DNA of 34,710 nucleotides from a virus (IMGVR_UViG_3300044674_000714:1-34710), one strand, 5' to 3'. Positions 1 to 9,797 are shown, numbered from the stretch's first letter. Notes: generated from the sequence alone by a model not told the origin. Numbers and translations: made by a program.

Positions 1-65
1 ACGCAGCGCCCCCGCAAAAAGCCCCCCACCCCCCGCACTGGCGGCAAGCGTAAGGCGTCCACGAA

Positions 66-1469
66 ATGAGCAAAAAGGGTGAAGATTTAGCGAAGTCGTT
101 TGACGAGTTCCTGGCTGCGTATCGTGGGAGGCCGGTGGAGTTTGTGCGCGAGGTGCTAGGCCAGGAGCCATTGGCGTGGCAGCAGGATTTCCTGAAGGCT
201 GTAGCCTCGGGCAAGCGTCGGATTAGCGTGCGAGCTGGGCATGGTGTCGGCAAGTCGACGGCGTGCGCCTGGGCTACCGTGTGGTTTTTGACGACGCGCT
301 TTCCCCAGAAGACCGTGATGACGGCCCCTACGGCGGGTCAGTTGTTCGATGCCCTGTACAGCGAACTGAAGGCCCAGATCAACAAGCTGCCGCCAGTATT
401 GCGCGAGAGCTTTGACGTGTTTGCTGACAGGGTTGTGTTTAAGGCGGCCCCGGAGAGCAGCTTCTGCAGTGCGAGGACAAGCAGCAGCGAGCGCCCGGAG
501 GCGTTAGCGGGTATCCATAGCGAGAACGTGTTGCTGATATGCGATGAGGCGTCGGCTATTCCTGAGAGCGTGTATGAGGCGGCGGCTGGCTCCATGTCGG
601 GTCATAGCGCCTGCACGATACTGATTGGGAACCCAACACGGAACAGCGGCCTGTTTTACAAGACGCACCATGAGCTGGCGAATGACTGGTACACGTTGCA
701 TGTGAGCTGCCTGCAGAACCCGCTGGTGAGTGTGGACTTCGTGAACCAGATCCGGTCTACGTATGGTGATGGCAGCAATGCGTGGCGTATACGGGTTCTG
801 GGTGAGTTTGCGATTGCTGATGACGATACGTTGATTGCTGCGGAGCTGGTTGATGCGGCACTGACGAGGGACTTGCAGCCATCGCCTATGGACCCTTTGG
901 TGTATGGGTTGGACGTGGCTCGGTTTGGCACTGACAGGACGGCGTTGTGCAAGAGGAAGGGCAATGTCGTGCTGGAGGTGAAGTCCTGGGGCGGCTTGGA
1001 CACGATGCAGATTGTGGGTGCCATTAGCCATGAGGCGAAGATGGATAACCCTGAGGAGATTTGCGTGGACACGATTGGCTTGGGCAGCGGGTGCGCTGAC
1101 AGGTTGCGGGAACTGGGGTTCAATGTGCGGGATGTGAATGTAGCGGAAAGCAGCGCCATGAACCCGAATGCCAATAGGCTGCGTGATGAGCTGTGGTTAT
1201 CGGTGAAGGATTGGCTGACGACGCGAGCAGTGAAGCTGCCTGACGATAGTGGATTACGGACGGAGCTTGTGGCTCCCCGGTACACGTTCACGAGCAGCGG
1301 CAAGATCCAAGTGGAAAGCAAGGACAGCTTGCGGAAGCGTGGGATGCGGTCTCCTGACTTGGCGGATAGCTTGTGTCTGACGTTTGCGAGCAATGCAGCG
1401 CTGGTGGGTGGACGGGCCTCGGCTTGGGTGAAGGGTAAGCCTTTAAAGCGGCACCTGGCTGTGGTATAG
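66..1469 (+). CDS. terL: Terminase large subunit
   Basis: Walker A GHGVGKS, Walker B LLICDEAS, coupling motif IGNP, and a C-terminal RNase H-like nuclease (YGLDVARFGTD...SPDLADSL). Confidence 0.96.
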   Translation: MSKKGEDLAKSFDEFLAAYRGRPVEFVREVLGQEPLAWQQDFLKAVASGKRRISVRAGHGVGKSTACAWATVWFLTTRFPQKTVMTAPTAGQLFDALYSELKAQINKLPPVLRESFDVFADRVVFKAAPESSFCSARTSSSERPEALAGIHSENVLLICDEASAIPESVYEAAAGSMSGHSACTILIGNPTRNSGLFYKTHHELANDWYTLHVSCLQNPLVSVDFVNQIRSTYGDGSNAWRIRVLGEFAIADDDTLIAAELVDAALTRDLQPSPMDPLVYGLDVARFGTDRTALCKRKGNVVLEVKSWGGLDTMQIVGAISHEAKMDNPEEICVDTIGLGSGCADRLRELGFNVRDVNVAESSAMNPNANRLRDELWLSVKDWLTTRAVKLPDDSGLRTELVAPRYTFTSSGKIQVESKDSLRKRGMRSPDLADSLCLTFASNAALVGGRASAWVKGKPLKRHLAVV

Positions 1470-1494
1470 GGGTTTTGTTGGCAGGAGGTGCTTC

Positions 1495-1752
1495 ATGGCT
1501 ACATGGCGTGGTGAGACTGTTACGCTGAACAAGCCTCGTCGGATACGGAAGGGCGAGCCTGGATATGGGCGTAAGAAGTCCGTGGTGTATGTGAAGGATG
1601 GGTCGAAGGTGGCTAAAGTCATGTTTGGCGATCCCAATATGACGATTAAGAAGGACCAGCCAGGAAGACGCAGCAACTTCAGAGCGCGCCACAATTGCGA
1701 TGACCCAGGTCCAAAGACCAAGGCGCGCTATTGGTCGTGCAAGGCTTGGTAG
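1495..1752 (+). CDS. Small basic phage protein of unknown function
   Basis: AGGAGG RBS. K/R-rich with VMFGDP...RRSNFRARHNC...ARYWSC motif that I recognise from aquatic phage hypotheticals. Confidence 0.8.
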   Translation: MATWRGETVTLNKPRRIRKGEPGYGRKKSVVYVKDGSKVAKVMFGDPNMTIKKDQPGRRSNFRARHNCDDPGPKTKARYWSCKAW

Positions 1753-1777
1753 CTGATTAACATAACAGGAGCCCACT

Positions 1778-2221
1778 ATGGCTGAATGCCCTATCGCAAC
1801 GCGCGACATGACAATGAACTTGCAGAACCGTGGCAAGGCTATTGAGAAGGCTGACTATGGTCCTATGGACCCCCGCCAGCCCAATGACGAGTACTGGATG
1901 CGCATGGCGTCCAGGTGGAACACAACGCCTGATGAAGCGCGCGAGATGCGGTGTGGAAACTGCGCTGCTTTTGATCAGAGCGACGAGATGCTACAATGTA
2001 TAGAGGACGGTCTTTCTGAGGACCGCGAAGAAGATGCGATGGAGGTCGTCGATGCTGGTGATCTGGGATATTGTGAAATCTTTGACTTCAAGTGCGCTGC
2101 GGCTCGGACGTGCAATGCTTGGGTGGTCAGTGAGGACGACGAAGAGGATAGCGAGGAAGGTGAATACGTTTCTCGAGCCTCTGATGCGGAAGATGTAGAT
2201 GAAGAAGGCTACGAAGGTTAA
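1778..2221 (+). CDS. Acidic Cys-motif protein (possible metal or Fe-S binding)
   Basis: AGGAG RBS. CGNCAAF...YCEIFDFKCAAARTCNAW plus an acidic tail. Confidence 0.75.
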   Translation: MAECPIATRDMTMNLQNRGKAIEKADYGPMDPRQPNDEYWMRMASRWNTTPDEAREMRCGNCAAFDQSDEMLQCIEDGLSEDREEDAMEVVDAGDLGYCEIFDFKCAAARTCNAWVVSEDDEEDSEEGEYVSRASDAEDVDEEGYEG

Positions 2222-2360
2222 GAAGGTCATGAAAGAGTACAGCGCAGGCAAGTTGCGCTCTGGCTCTAAGACAGGACCAAAGGTTACGTCTCGCAGGCAA
2301 GCTGTGGCTATTGCTTTGAGCGAGGCAAACAAAAAGGGCAAAGGAAAACGATATGGCTGA
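2199..2360 (+). CDS. 53-aa basic protein, DUF6496-like (not in ORF track)
   Basis: Manual translation MKKATKVKKVMKEYSAGKLRSGSKTGPKVTSRRQAVAIALSEANKKGKGKRYG. The VMxExxxGKLxSG...QAVAIALSEA motif is characteristic, and the stop overlaps the portal start. Confidence 0.8.
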   Translation: MKKATKVKKVMKEYSAGKLRSGSKTGPKVTSRRQAVAIALSEANKKGKGKRYG

Positions 2361-4659
2361 TCCGATGATCCGCACCCCACAGGGGGCATACATGCCAGAC
2401 ATCCTGCCGCCCGATACTGAGGATCTGTATAACGAAGAAACGGGTGAGCTTATCCCGGTTGAAGATGAGCCTATGGACGAGGAGGAGTTCCGCTATCGTG
2501 TGTTCCGCGCGATTGAGGACACTGCCACCTATATCGATAGCTACATTGCGCCTGAACGCGAACGCGCAATGTCGTATTACTTGGGCGATAAGTTTGGCAA
2601 TGAAGAGGATGGCCGGTCTCAGGTTGTAATGACCGAGGTGCGCGACACTGTTTTGTCCATGTTGCCCAGCCTGCTGCGTATTTTTACGTCAGGCGAAAAG
2701 ATTGTGGAATTTGTGCCGCGCGGTCCAGAGGACATTGAAGCTGCGCAACAAATGACCGATCTCATTGACTACATTTTCATGCAAAAGAACCCCGGCTTCC
2801 GCATTCTGCATGACGCGATCAAAGATGCGCTGATTGTGAAAGACGGAGTGCTGACGTGGTACAAAACGGACGACGAAACCGTTGAAGAGCATTCGTATTC
2901 TGGATTATCGCCAGAAGAGGCTCAGTTCATTATGTCGGACCCCGACGTTGAGGTTATGGAATACGTTGAGGAAGACCGTGTAGTTGAACAGGAAATCATG
3001 GGCGCAGGCCCAGTGATCAATGTTTTGCCACCCGAAATCTCTATGCGTGTTCGTAGAGTGATCCGAACGCCAAGATACGTCGTAGAGTGTATACCACCAG
3101 AGCAATTTTTAATTGATAACGAGGCCACAAACCTCGATGACGCGATTATTGTAGGCCGTCGTAAGCTGGCCACTGTCAGCGAATTGGTGGCAATGGGCTA
3201 TCCACGCGAGATCATTGAAGAGAACGCTGGGTCCAATGGCTTTGAGATGAACATGGAGACCCTGACCCGTAATCCAGCGGATCAGAGCTTCTTTGGCATT
3301 ACAGATAACACGGACGACAGCACCGATAAGGTGTATTACGTTGAGGCGTATATCCGCATCGACAAAGACGGTGACGGCATCGCTGAATTGCACAAGGTTT
3401 GCTGTGTCGGTAACGGCAAGGTCGTCCTTCACGATGAAATCGTTCAGGACATACCGTTTGCCGTTCTGTGTCCAGATCCAACGCCACACACTGTCTTTGG
3501 TAAGTCGATTGCTGACCAGACAATGGATCTGCAGCTTATCAAGTCGCAGATTGTGCGCAACACGTTAGACAGCTTGGCCCAGTCCATCCATCCCCGCACT
3601 GCGGTGGTAGAGACCCAGGTTAACATGGACGATGTGCTGAATAATGAAACTGGTGCAGTTATTCGTATGCGCCAGCCTGGTGCCGTGCAGCCGTTTTCAA
3701 CGCCGTTTGTAGGACAGCCTGCTCTTGGTGTTCTTGCCTACTTAGACGAGATAAAGACGCAGCGCACAGGTATCTCCAGGGCTTCACAGGGGCTTGATGC
3801 CGACGTTCTGCAGTCGACGACGAATGCTGCGGTCCAGGCGCAATTGTCATCCTCTCAAGAGCGCGTGGAAATGATCGCGCGGTTGTTTGCTGACGGCATC
3901 AAGCGCTGCTTCTCAGGATTGCTGAAGCTTGTTGTGCAGCATCAAGACAAGCCGATGATCATGCGCCTGCGCAACCAGTTTGTGCCTGTAGATCCCCGTG
4001 GCTGGGATGCCTCGATGGACATGACGGTAAACATTGCCCTTGGTCGTGGATCTGATGAACAGCGCATGGCGTTCTTGCAGCAGATTGCCCAGAAGCAAGA
4101 GCAACTGTTGAACCAGTATGGCGCTTACAATCCACTTGTTAGCGTTGAGCAATATCGCTCTACTTTGGCACAGATTATCCAGCTTGCTGGCTTCCTTGAT
4201 CCTTCTCAGTTTGTGCAAGAGGTCACGCCAGAAAGTGTTCAGGCGTTTGTGCAACAGCAACAAGCTAACCGCAAACCTGATCCTGCTGAGATGCTGGCAC
4301 AAGTGGAAGCTGAGAAGATTAAAGCTGACATCTTGATTGCATCTCAGAAGCAAGAGCTTGAGACCCGCAAGGCACAGGCTGATGCTGACTATGACCGCGA
4401 CAAGCTGTTTGCTGATGTCATGCTTCGTTCTGCCGAGATCCAGGCACGTTATGGTGCGCAGGTAGATGTGGCAGCGATTAAGGGTGAAGTTGATCGCCAG
4501 CGCGCAGAGATGCAGCAGATGTTTACGTTACAGGCTGACCGTGAGCGCATGGCTGCAGAGATGCAGGCACAGTTACAAGCGCAACTGCAGCCCATGCAGC
4601 CTGACTTCAGCCAAGAGGCTCCAATGCCTCAGATGCCCCCAATGCCAGGTCAGTTTTAA
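2353..4659 (+). CDS. Portal protein (podovirus/P22-like)
   Basis: 768 aa between TerL and scaffold. YYLG...EEDGRSQVVMTEVRDTV and DKDGDGIAEL motifs, long C-terminal helical Q-rich barrel. Confidence 0.92.
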   Translation: MADPMIRTPQGAYMPDILPPDTEDLYNEETGELIPVEDEPMDEEEFRYRVFRAIEDTATYIDSYIAPERERAMSYYLGDKFGNEEDGRSQVVMTEVRDTVLSMLPSLLRIFTSGEKIVEFVPRGPEDIEAAQQMTDLIDYIFMQKNPGFRILHDAIKDALIVKDGVLTWYKTDDETVEEHSYSGLSPEEAQFIMSDPDVEVMEYVEEDRVVEQEIMGAGPVINVLPPEISMRVRRVIRTPRYVVECIPPEQFLIDNEATNLDDAIIVGRRKLATVSELVAMGYPREIIEENAGSNGFEMNMETLTRNPADQSFFGITDNTDDSTDKVYYVEAYIRIDKDGDGIAELHKVCCVGNGKVVLHDEIVQDIPFAVLCPDPTPHTVFGKSIADQTMDLQLIKSQIVRNTLDSLAQSIHPRTAVVETQVNMDDVLNNETGAVIRMRQPGAVQPFSTPFVGQPALGVLAYLDEIKTQRTGISRASQGLDADVLQSTTNAAVQAQLSSSQERVEMIARLFADGIKRCFSGLLKLVVQHQDKPMIMRLRNQFVPVDPRGWDASMDMTVNIALGRGSDEQRMAFLQQIAQKQEQLLNQYGAYNPLVSVEQYRSTLAQIIQLAGFLDPSQFVQEVTPESVQAFVQQQQANRKPDPAEMLAQVEAEKIKADILIASQKQELETRKAQADADYDRDKLFADVMLRSAEIQARYGAQVDVAAIKGEVDRQRAEMQQMFTLQADRERMAAEMQAQLQAQLQPMQPDFSQEAPMPQMPPMPGQF

Positions 4660-4910
4660 TGGCGAACTGGGAACAAGAGAACCTATACCGTGCCGCTAAA
4701 GCGCTCCAGAACGACGATGCCTCAAATGAGGTTTTGCGTCGCTTAGAGCAGCGCTATATAGAAGCATGGAAGTCGTCTAGCTTAGAACAAGCCGACGTGC
4801 GAGAAGATGCGTATCGTATGATGCGTGCGATTTCTGAGCTGCGTGGCGAACTGTCTGCATTAGCAGCAGAGCCAAGTATCGCAGCTTTTAACCGGCGTTT
4901 ACGCGCCTAA
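4659..4910 (+). CDS. Small helical head-module protein
   Basis: TAATG coupling to the portal stop; occupies the usual position between portal and scaffold. Confidence 0.75.
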   Translation: MANWEQENLYRAAKALQNDDASNEVLRRLEQRYIEAWKSSSLEQADVREDAYRMMRAISELRGELSALAAEPSIAAFNRRLRA

Positions 4911-4927
4911 TTTATGGAGTAGATCCT

Positions 4928-5947
4928 ATGGACACTGAGCAATCGCCGGGCGGCGAAATCGGTGTAGACGAAGCAGCCAACCGTTTTGCAGCGTTAATGG
5001 ACGCGGAAGCCAACCCAGAGACGAGACAAACCGAGGCTGCTGCAGAAACCGAGGAGGTAGATGCAACCGAATACGAAGCCGATGAGACTGAGTTGGATGA
5101 GGAAGCCCCTGATGCCCTTGAGGTAGCAGCCGAAAACGACGAAGAGGTGGAGTATGAGGTCGATGACGATGGTGAAGCAGAGGAAGCTGAAATTAACGAG
5201 GACCAGCTAGTAACCGTTAAAATTAACGGCAAAACTGAGCAGATCCCGTTAAAAGAAGCACTCCAAGGCTACCAGCGGCAATCGGATTATTCGCGCAACA
5301 TGAACCAGCTACGAGACCAGCGCGTTGCGTTGGAGCAGGAGCAGGGTTCAGTAAGCCAGGAACGGGCTCAGTATGCCGTTTTGCTTGAAGCTTTGCAGGA
5401 ACAACTGCATTCAATGGCTCCACAAGAGCCAGATTGGGCAAAGCTGCATGAGGAAGACCCGATCAATTTTCCTCTTGTTGAGAAACAATGGCGGGAACAC
5501 AAGGAGCGCATGGCTGCGACGCAGCTAGAGCGTGAACGTGTTGCAGCGTTGCAACAGCAAGAGCAACAGCAAAACATTGCCAAGGTCGTAGACCAAGGCC
5601 GTGAATACCTGGTTAACCAAGTACCTGAATGGCGTGATGCAAAAGCATGGCAAGAGGCACGAGGTAAGCTTGTCGAGTATGGCCAGAAAGTTGGCTATAG
5701 CGCAGACGAGCTATCACAAGCCTATGATCCCCGTGCAATTCTTGTCTTAGACAAGGCACGGAAGTACGACGAGCTGATGGCGAACCGACCCAAACCTCGT
5801 AAGGGTAAAGGGCCGAAACCACTGCGGTCAGGATCTTCGTCCAGCTCACCACGTCAACAGACGAACATAACACGCGCGAAACAACGTCTCTCTGCAACTG
5901 GGTCGGTGGATGACGCCGCCCGTCTCTTTGGACTATTAGATCAGTAG
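4928..5947 (+). CDS. Capsid scaffolding protein
   Basis: Acidic disordered N-terminus, VTVKING...LKEALQGYQRQSDYSR motif, coiled coil, basic C-terminus; directly precedes the capsid gene. Confidence 0.88.
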   Translation: MDTEQSPGGEIGVDEAANRFAALMDAEANPETRQTEAAAETEEVDATEYEADETELDEEAPDALEVAAENDEEVEYEVDDDGEAEEAEINEDQLVTVKINGKTEQIPLKEALQGYQRQSDYSRNMNQLRDQRVALEQEQGSVSQERAQYAVLLEALQEQLHSMAPQEPDWAKLHEEDPINFPLVEKQWREHKERMAATQLERERVAALQQQEQQQNIAKVVDQGREYLVNQVPEWRDAKAWQEARGKLVEYGQKVGYSADELSQAYDPRAILVLDKARKYDELMANRPKPRKGKGPKPLRSGSSSSSPRQQTNITRAKQRLSATGSVDDAARLFGLLDQ

Positions 5948-5956
5948 GAGGGCTAG

Positions 5957-6940
5957 ATGGCCTCTGTAACTAAAGCAACTACTTACGATGCTGCTAACAG
6001 CATGCGTGAGGATCTGTCGAATATCATTTACGACATTTCTCCAACAACCACACCGCTAATGAGCAACATTGGCCGTGACACTGCAGACAACACTTACTTT
6101 GAGTGGCAAACAGACGTACTTGCGGCTGCTTCCTCTTCAAATGCAGTGGTTGAAGGTGCCGATGCAGGTAACGCTGATTTCGTAGAAACAGTGCGTTCTG
6201 CAAACTATGCTCAGATCTCTAACAAGATTGTCAGCGTATCTGGTACTTCTCAAGCAGTTAACATGGCAGGCATGCGTTCGCTTCTTGCTTATGAAACTGC
6301 CAAGAAGGCTAAAGAGCTAAAGCGCGACATGGAAGCCACAATCACTGCTAACCAAGCAGCGAATGCTGGTTCTACTTCTGTTGCTCGTGTGACTGCTGGT
6401 CTTCCAGCATGGCTCCGCACCAACGCTGTTGCTAACGGTGCAACTGCTCCAACTGTTTCTGGTTCTTCTGGTAACGGTTATCCTAACGCTGCATGGACCG
6501 ATCTCGATCCAACAAATGCTGCGCAGGATCTTACAGAAACCATGCTCAAGACCGCGATCAAGGAAGCTTGGTCAGAAGGTTCTGAGGTTTCTGTATTCAT
6601 GGTCGGACCACACAATAAGACCGTGGCTTCTGGCTTTGCTGGCCTCGCCGAGCAGCGCGTCACCTACAACCAGGTGAAGCCTCTCAAAATCATCGCAGCC
6701 GCTGACGTTTATCTCAGTGACTTCGGTGAGGTGGCTATCGTTGCTAACCGCTTCCAGCCAGAAAACTTCGCTTTCGTACTTGATCCAGAGTATGCTTCTG
6801 TCTCTTACTTACGTCCATTCCAGACGCTCGACATTGGCAAAACTGGCGACAGCACGAAGAAAGAGCTGGTCGTTGAGTATGGCTTGCGCGTGAAGACTGA
6901 AAAGGCTCACGCAGTCATTGCCAACTTGACCACTTCGTAA
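5957..6940 (+). CDS. Major capsid protein (DUF5309/SU10-like, HK97 fold)
   Basis: REDLSNIIYDISPTTTP...FEWQTDVL and KTGDSTKKELVVEYGL motifs, strong RBS, followed by a terminator. Confidence 0.93.
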   Translation: MASVTKATTYDAANSMREDLSNIIYDISPTTTPLMSNIGRDTADNTYFEWQTDVLAAASSSNAVVEGADAGNADFVETVRSANYAQISNKIVSVSGTSQAVNMAGMRSLLAYETAKKAKELKRDMEATITANQAANAGSTSVARVTAGLPAWLRTNAVANGATAPTVSGSSGNGYPNAAWTDLDPTNAAQDLTETMLKTAIKEAWSEGSEVSVFMVGPHNKTVASGFAGLAEQRVTYNQVKPLKIIAAADVYLSDFGEVAIVANRFQPENFAFVLDPEYASVSYLRPFQTLDIGKTGDSTKKELVVEYGLRVKTEKAHAVIANLTTS

Positions 6941-6950
6941 GTCGAGTAAC

Positions 6951-6983
6951 GGTGGGGGCGGCTTCGGTCGCCCTCATCACTTT
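6951..6983 (+). terminator. Rho-independent terminator after the capsid gene
   Basis: GTGGGGGCGGC-TTCG-GTCGCCCTCAT stem with a UUCG tetraloop and only a short T run, so probably leaky. Confidence 0.75.
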
Positions 6984-6995
6984 AGGAGAGAGACA

Positions 6996-7322
6996 TTGGC
7001 AGAAGAGTACGCCCCAGGGGTTTTTAATCTGGACTATGATGCAGCAGATAAGACGCTGCAGCGGATGCACATAACCACTGACAATAAAATTGTATTAGAA
7101 ACAAAGACAGACATTACCGATCTTGCGAAAGAGAACGAGCAGATCCGCAATGACGTTTCTCGTACTGGACGAACCAACGATATGGTGCGTGTCGCAAGGC
7201 TTCCAATGTCAGTCTATCTAGATTTATCAAATCGTGGTATTCTTCGTGATAAGAATGCAATGAAGCGGTGGCTGGCCTCTGATGAGGCGTTGCCGTTTCG
7301 CACCCACTGGATGAAGGGCTAA
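6996..7322 (+). CDS. Hypothetical post-capsid protein (TTG start)
   Basis: AGGAGAG RBS before TTG; fills the gap between capsid and adaptor genes. Confidence 0.75.
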   Translation: MAEEYAPGVFNLDYDAADKTLQRMHITTDNKIVLETKTDITDLAKENEQIRNDVSRTGRTNDMVRVARLPMSVYLDLSNRGILRDKNAMKRWLASDEALPFRTHWMKG

Positions 7323-7325
7323 AGG

Positions 7326-7943
7326 ATGGCCACCATCACTGACTATGCTTCGCTGCAGGCACAGATCGCAGATTATCTGAACAGGGCAGATCTGACTTCC
7401 CAGATCCCCATGTTTATTCAATTCGTTGAAGTCGATCTGAACAACCAACTGCGTTTGCGTGATCAGGTGGTGAGAGCAGAGGCCACAAGCTCTGCTGAGT
7501 TCGTTCAGCTTCCTTCCGATTGGCTTGAGGCCATTAGCCTAAAGATGGTCTCAGGTGTAAGCCCATTGCGTTATGTGACGCTTGACCAGGCTAACCTGAT
7601 TAAAAAAGAGCAACTTTATACGCAGGTAACGTATTACTCGATCATGGATGATGCGATTGAGTTGGTGCCTGCGCCTGGTGACGATGTAGAGATCGAGATG
7701 GTGTACTACAAAAAGATACCAGCTCTCTCTGATAGCGTGACGACTAACTGGCTACTGGAAAAAGCCCCAGATGCGTATCTGTATGGCGCTTTAACCCATG
7801 CTGCTCCGTTTCTGATGGACGACCAGCGGGTGCCAGTATTTGCTCAATTCTATGGAACGCGAGTAGTTGCACTGCAGAACGAAAGTGACACAGCAGCGCA
7901 CAGTGGCGGTCCACTTATCACTCGCACCAGACAGACTTATTAG
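7326..7943 (+). CDS. Head-tail adaptor (tail tubular protein A-like)
   Basis: YASLQAQIADYLNRADL...FIQFVE and TNWLLEKAPDAYLYGAL motifs; position after capsid. Confidence 0.8.
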   Translation: MATITDYASLQAQIADYLNRADLTSQIPMFIQFVEVDLNNQLRLRDQVVRAEATSSAEFVQLPSDWLEAISLKMVSGVSPLRYVTLDQANLIKKEQLYTQVTYYSIMDDAIELVPAPGDDVEIEMVYYKKIPALSDSVTTNWLLEKAPDAYLYGALTHAAPFLMDDQRVPVFAQFYGTRVVALQNESDTAAHSGGPLITRTRQTY

Positions 7944-7954
7944 GAGGTTTTTAG

Positions 7955-8347
7955 ATGGCTGGATTTACTGACTACACTGAAGACCTGGTGCTTGATTGGC
8001 TCCTGACTTCAGGTTCTGCAACACGTCCCACAGCGTGGTATGTTGCCCTTTACACTGTTGCCCCAACTGATACCGGCGGTGGCACAGAAGTAAGCGGAAC
8101 TGACTATGCACGGACAGCAGTGACTTTTTCAGTGTCAGGCACCTCTCCAGCGACTGCCTCTAACTCTTCTCCTGTAGAGTTTCCAGAAGCCGGTGGCTCT
8201 TGGGGTACAGTAGTCGCAGCCGGGATCTTTGATGCCTCTAGCGCTGGCAACCTTTTAGCTTATGCAAATTTAACGACCAGCAAGGCAGTCGATACTGGTG
8301 ACGTGCTGCGGTTCAACACTGCGGCTCTTACAGTAACGCTCGACTAA
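7955..8347 (+). CDS. Virion structural protein (short tail-fibre-associated domain)
   Basis: YVALYT..P...GGGTEVSGTDYAR...WGTVVAAGIFDA..GNLL motif. Confidence 0.75.
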   Translation: MAGFTDYTEDLVLDWLLTSGSATRPTAWYVALYTVAPTDTGGGTEVSGTDYARTAVTFSVSGTSPATASNSSPVEFPEAGGSWGTVVAAGIFDASSAGNLLAYANLTTSKAVDTGDVLRFNTAALTVTLD

Positions 8348-8348
8348 T

Positions 8349-9179
8349 ATGGCTCTGGGCCGCGCTTATGGCGTCTATGACTATGGTGAAGGTGTCTATG
8401 GTGAAGACTTCATCATTGACGCTGAAGTCGCCATTGCGGCCACGTCAGGAGCAACAGCAACTGGCATAAGAGTACAACCAGGCGATGCTGATATATCGGC
8501 AACGTCTGGCGCATCTTCTACACCGACACACGTTGAAGCGGTTGAGGCAGAAGTTATCACTGCCTCCACAACTGCTGCTGCAGCCGCTAACACTGAGCTT
8601 GCTGAAGCCACTATAGTTGCAACGTCTGGTTTTAGTGCCACAGCAGACAGGATTAACGACGCTGCAGCAACGATTGCTGCATCTAGTTCCGTATCCGCTA
8701 CCATAACGCGCATACAGCCTGCAGGAGCCTCTGTAACGACCACCAGTGGCTCATCTGCCGATGCAGTGAAGGTGAGGTTAGCAAACGCAGATATGGACGC
8801 CACCAGCGGCGCTACGAGTGCTGTAGACCGTTTCCGAGGCGTGATTGCAGAAATAGAGGCAACTACTGGCGGTAGTGCATATAGCGTTATGGCTATAGTT
8901 GGTGTAAGTAACATTGTGGCGGAAAGCTCTGCAGGAGCAACGCCAACCCGCAAGATGCCATGTGAGACTGATATGCCAGCATTGTCAGGTTTTGTGGCAA
9001 ATGGTCGATACTTATGGGAACCAGAACCTGTTGCGCCAGAAGACTGGTCTCCAGAAGCTCTGCCAGATGCTAGTTGGTCTGTTGATCCAATCACTGGCGA
9101 TACATGGACAATGCAGGGCGTGACTGAACAGGCGTGGTCGGTTAAAATAGACCCGTCCCAAACGTGGACTGAGGCGTGA
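8349..9179 (+). CDS. Ala/Thr-rich repetitive virion protein
   Basis: N-terminal YGxYDYG motif, ~20-aa IxATSG repeats, C-terminal Trp every ~10 aa. Confidence 0.7.
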   Translation: MALGRAYGVYDYGEGVYGEDFIIDAEVAIAATSGATATGIRVQPGDADISATSGASSTPTHVEAVEAEVITASTTAAAAANTELAEATIVATSGFSATADRINDAAATIAASSSVSATITRIQPAGASVTTTSGSSADAVKVRLANADMDATSGATSAVDRFRGVIAEIEATTGGSAYSVMAIVGVSNIVAESSAGATPTRKMPCETDMPALSGFVANGRYLWEPEPVAPEDWSPEALPDASWSVDPITGDTWTMQGVTEQAWSVKIDPSQTWTEA

Positions 9180-9188
9180 GGAATATAA

Positions 9189-9797
9189 ATGGCTGATACC
9201 TATACAACTAACCTCAATATGACAAAGCCCGAGGTTGGCGCGTCGCGCGACACTTGGGGAACAAAACTTAACACTGACCTTGATACCCTGGATGCTTTGT
9301 TTACTTCTGATGGCACAGGTACTTCTGTCGGCTTAAATATTGGATCTGGTAACACGTTGGTTGTTGCTGGAACCTTGAACCTGACTGGTAGCCTAGCATC
9401 AGCTTTGCCTATTACAGATGGTGGAACAGGTGCAGCCACAGCAGCAGATGCGCGAACCAATCTTGGCGTCACAATTACCAATGTATCCAGCCAAGCTAAC
9501 TCGGCTACTGACTTCCTTGATTTGCCTTCTGGAACCACTGCACAGCGCGGTTCTCCGACACAAGGTTCCGTTCGGTACAATACCGATGACAGCGGATTTG
9601 AGGGATATGATGGAGCTACATGGGCTCCCATAGGTGGTGGTAACACAACCGACGCTGGGCTATGGGAACATGCTGCCACGATTACTGAAGACTACAGCAT
9701 GACCAGCGGCAACAATGCTATTTCTGGTGGACCTGTTTCAATTGACACAGGTGTGACAGTGACCGTGCCTTCCGGCTCTGTCTGGACCGTAGCGTAG
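9189..9797 (+). CDS. Proximal tail fibre / adaptor protein
   Basis: [44 protein letters not shown] and LPSGTTAQR...RYNT..FEGY tail-fibre motifs. Confidence 0.8.
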   Translation: MADTYTTNLNMTKPEVGASRDTWGTKLNTDLDTLDALFTSDGTGTSVGLNIGSGNTLVVAGTLNLTGSLASALPITDGGTGAATAADARTNLGVTITNVSSQANSATDFLDLPSGTTAQRGSPTQGSVRYNTDDSGFEGYDGATWAPIGGGNTTDAGLWEHAATITEDYSMTSGNNAISGGPVSIDTGVTVTVPSGSVWTVA

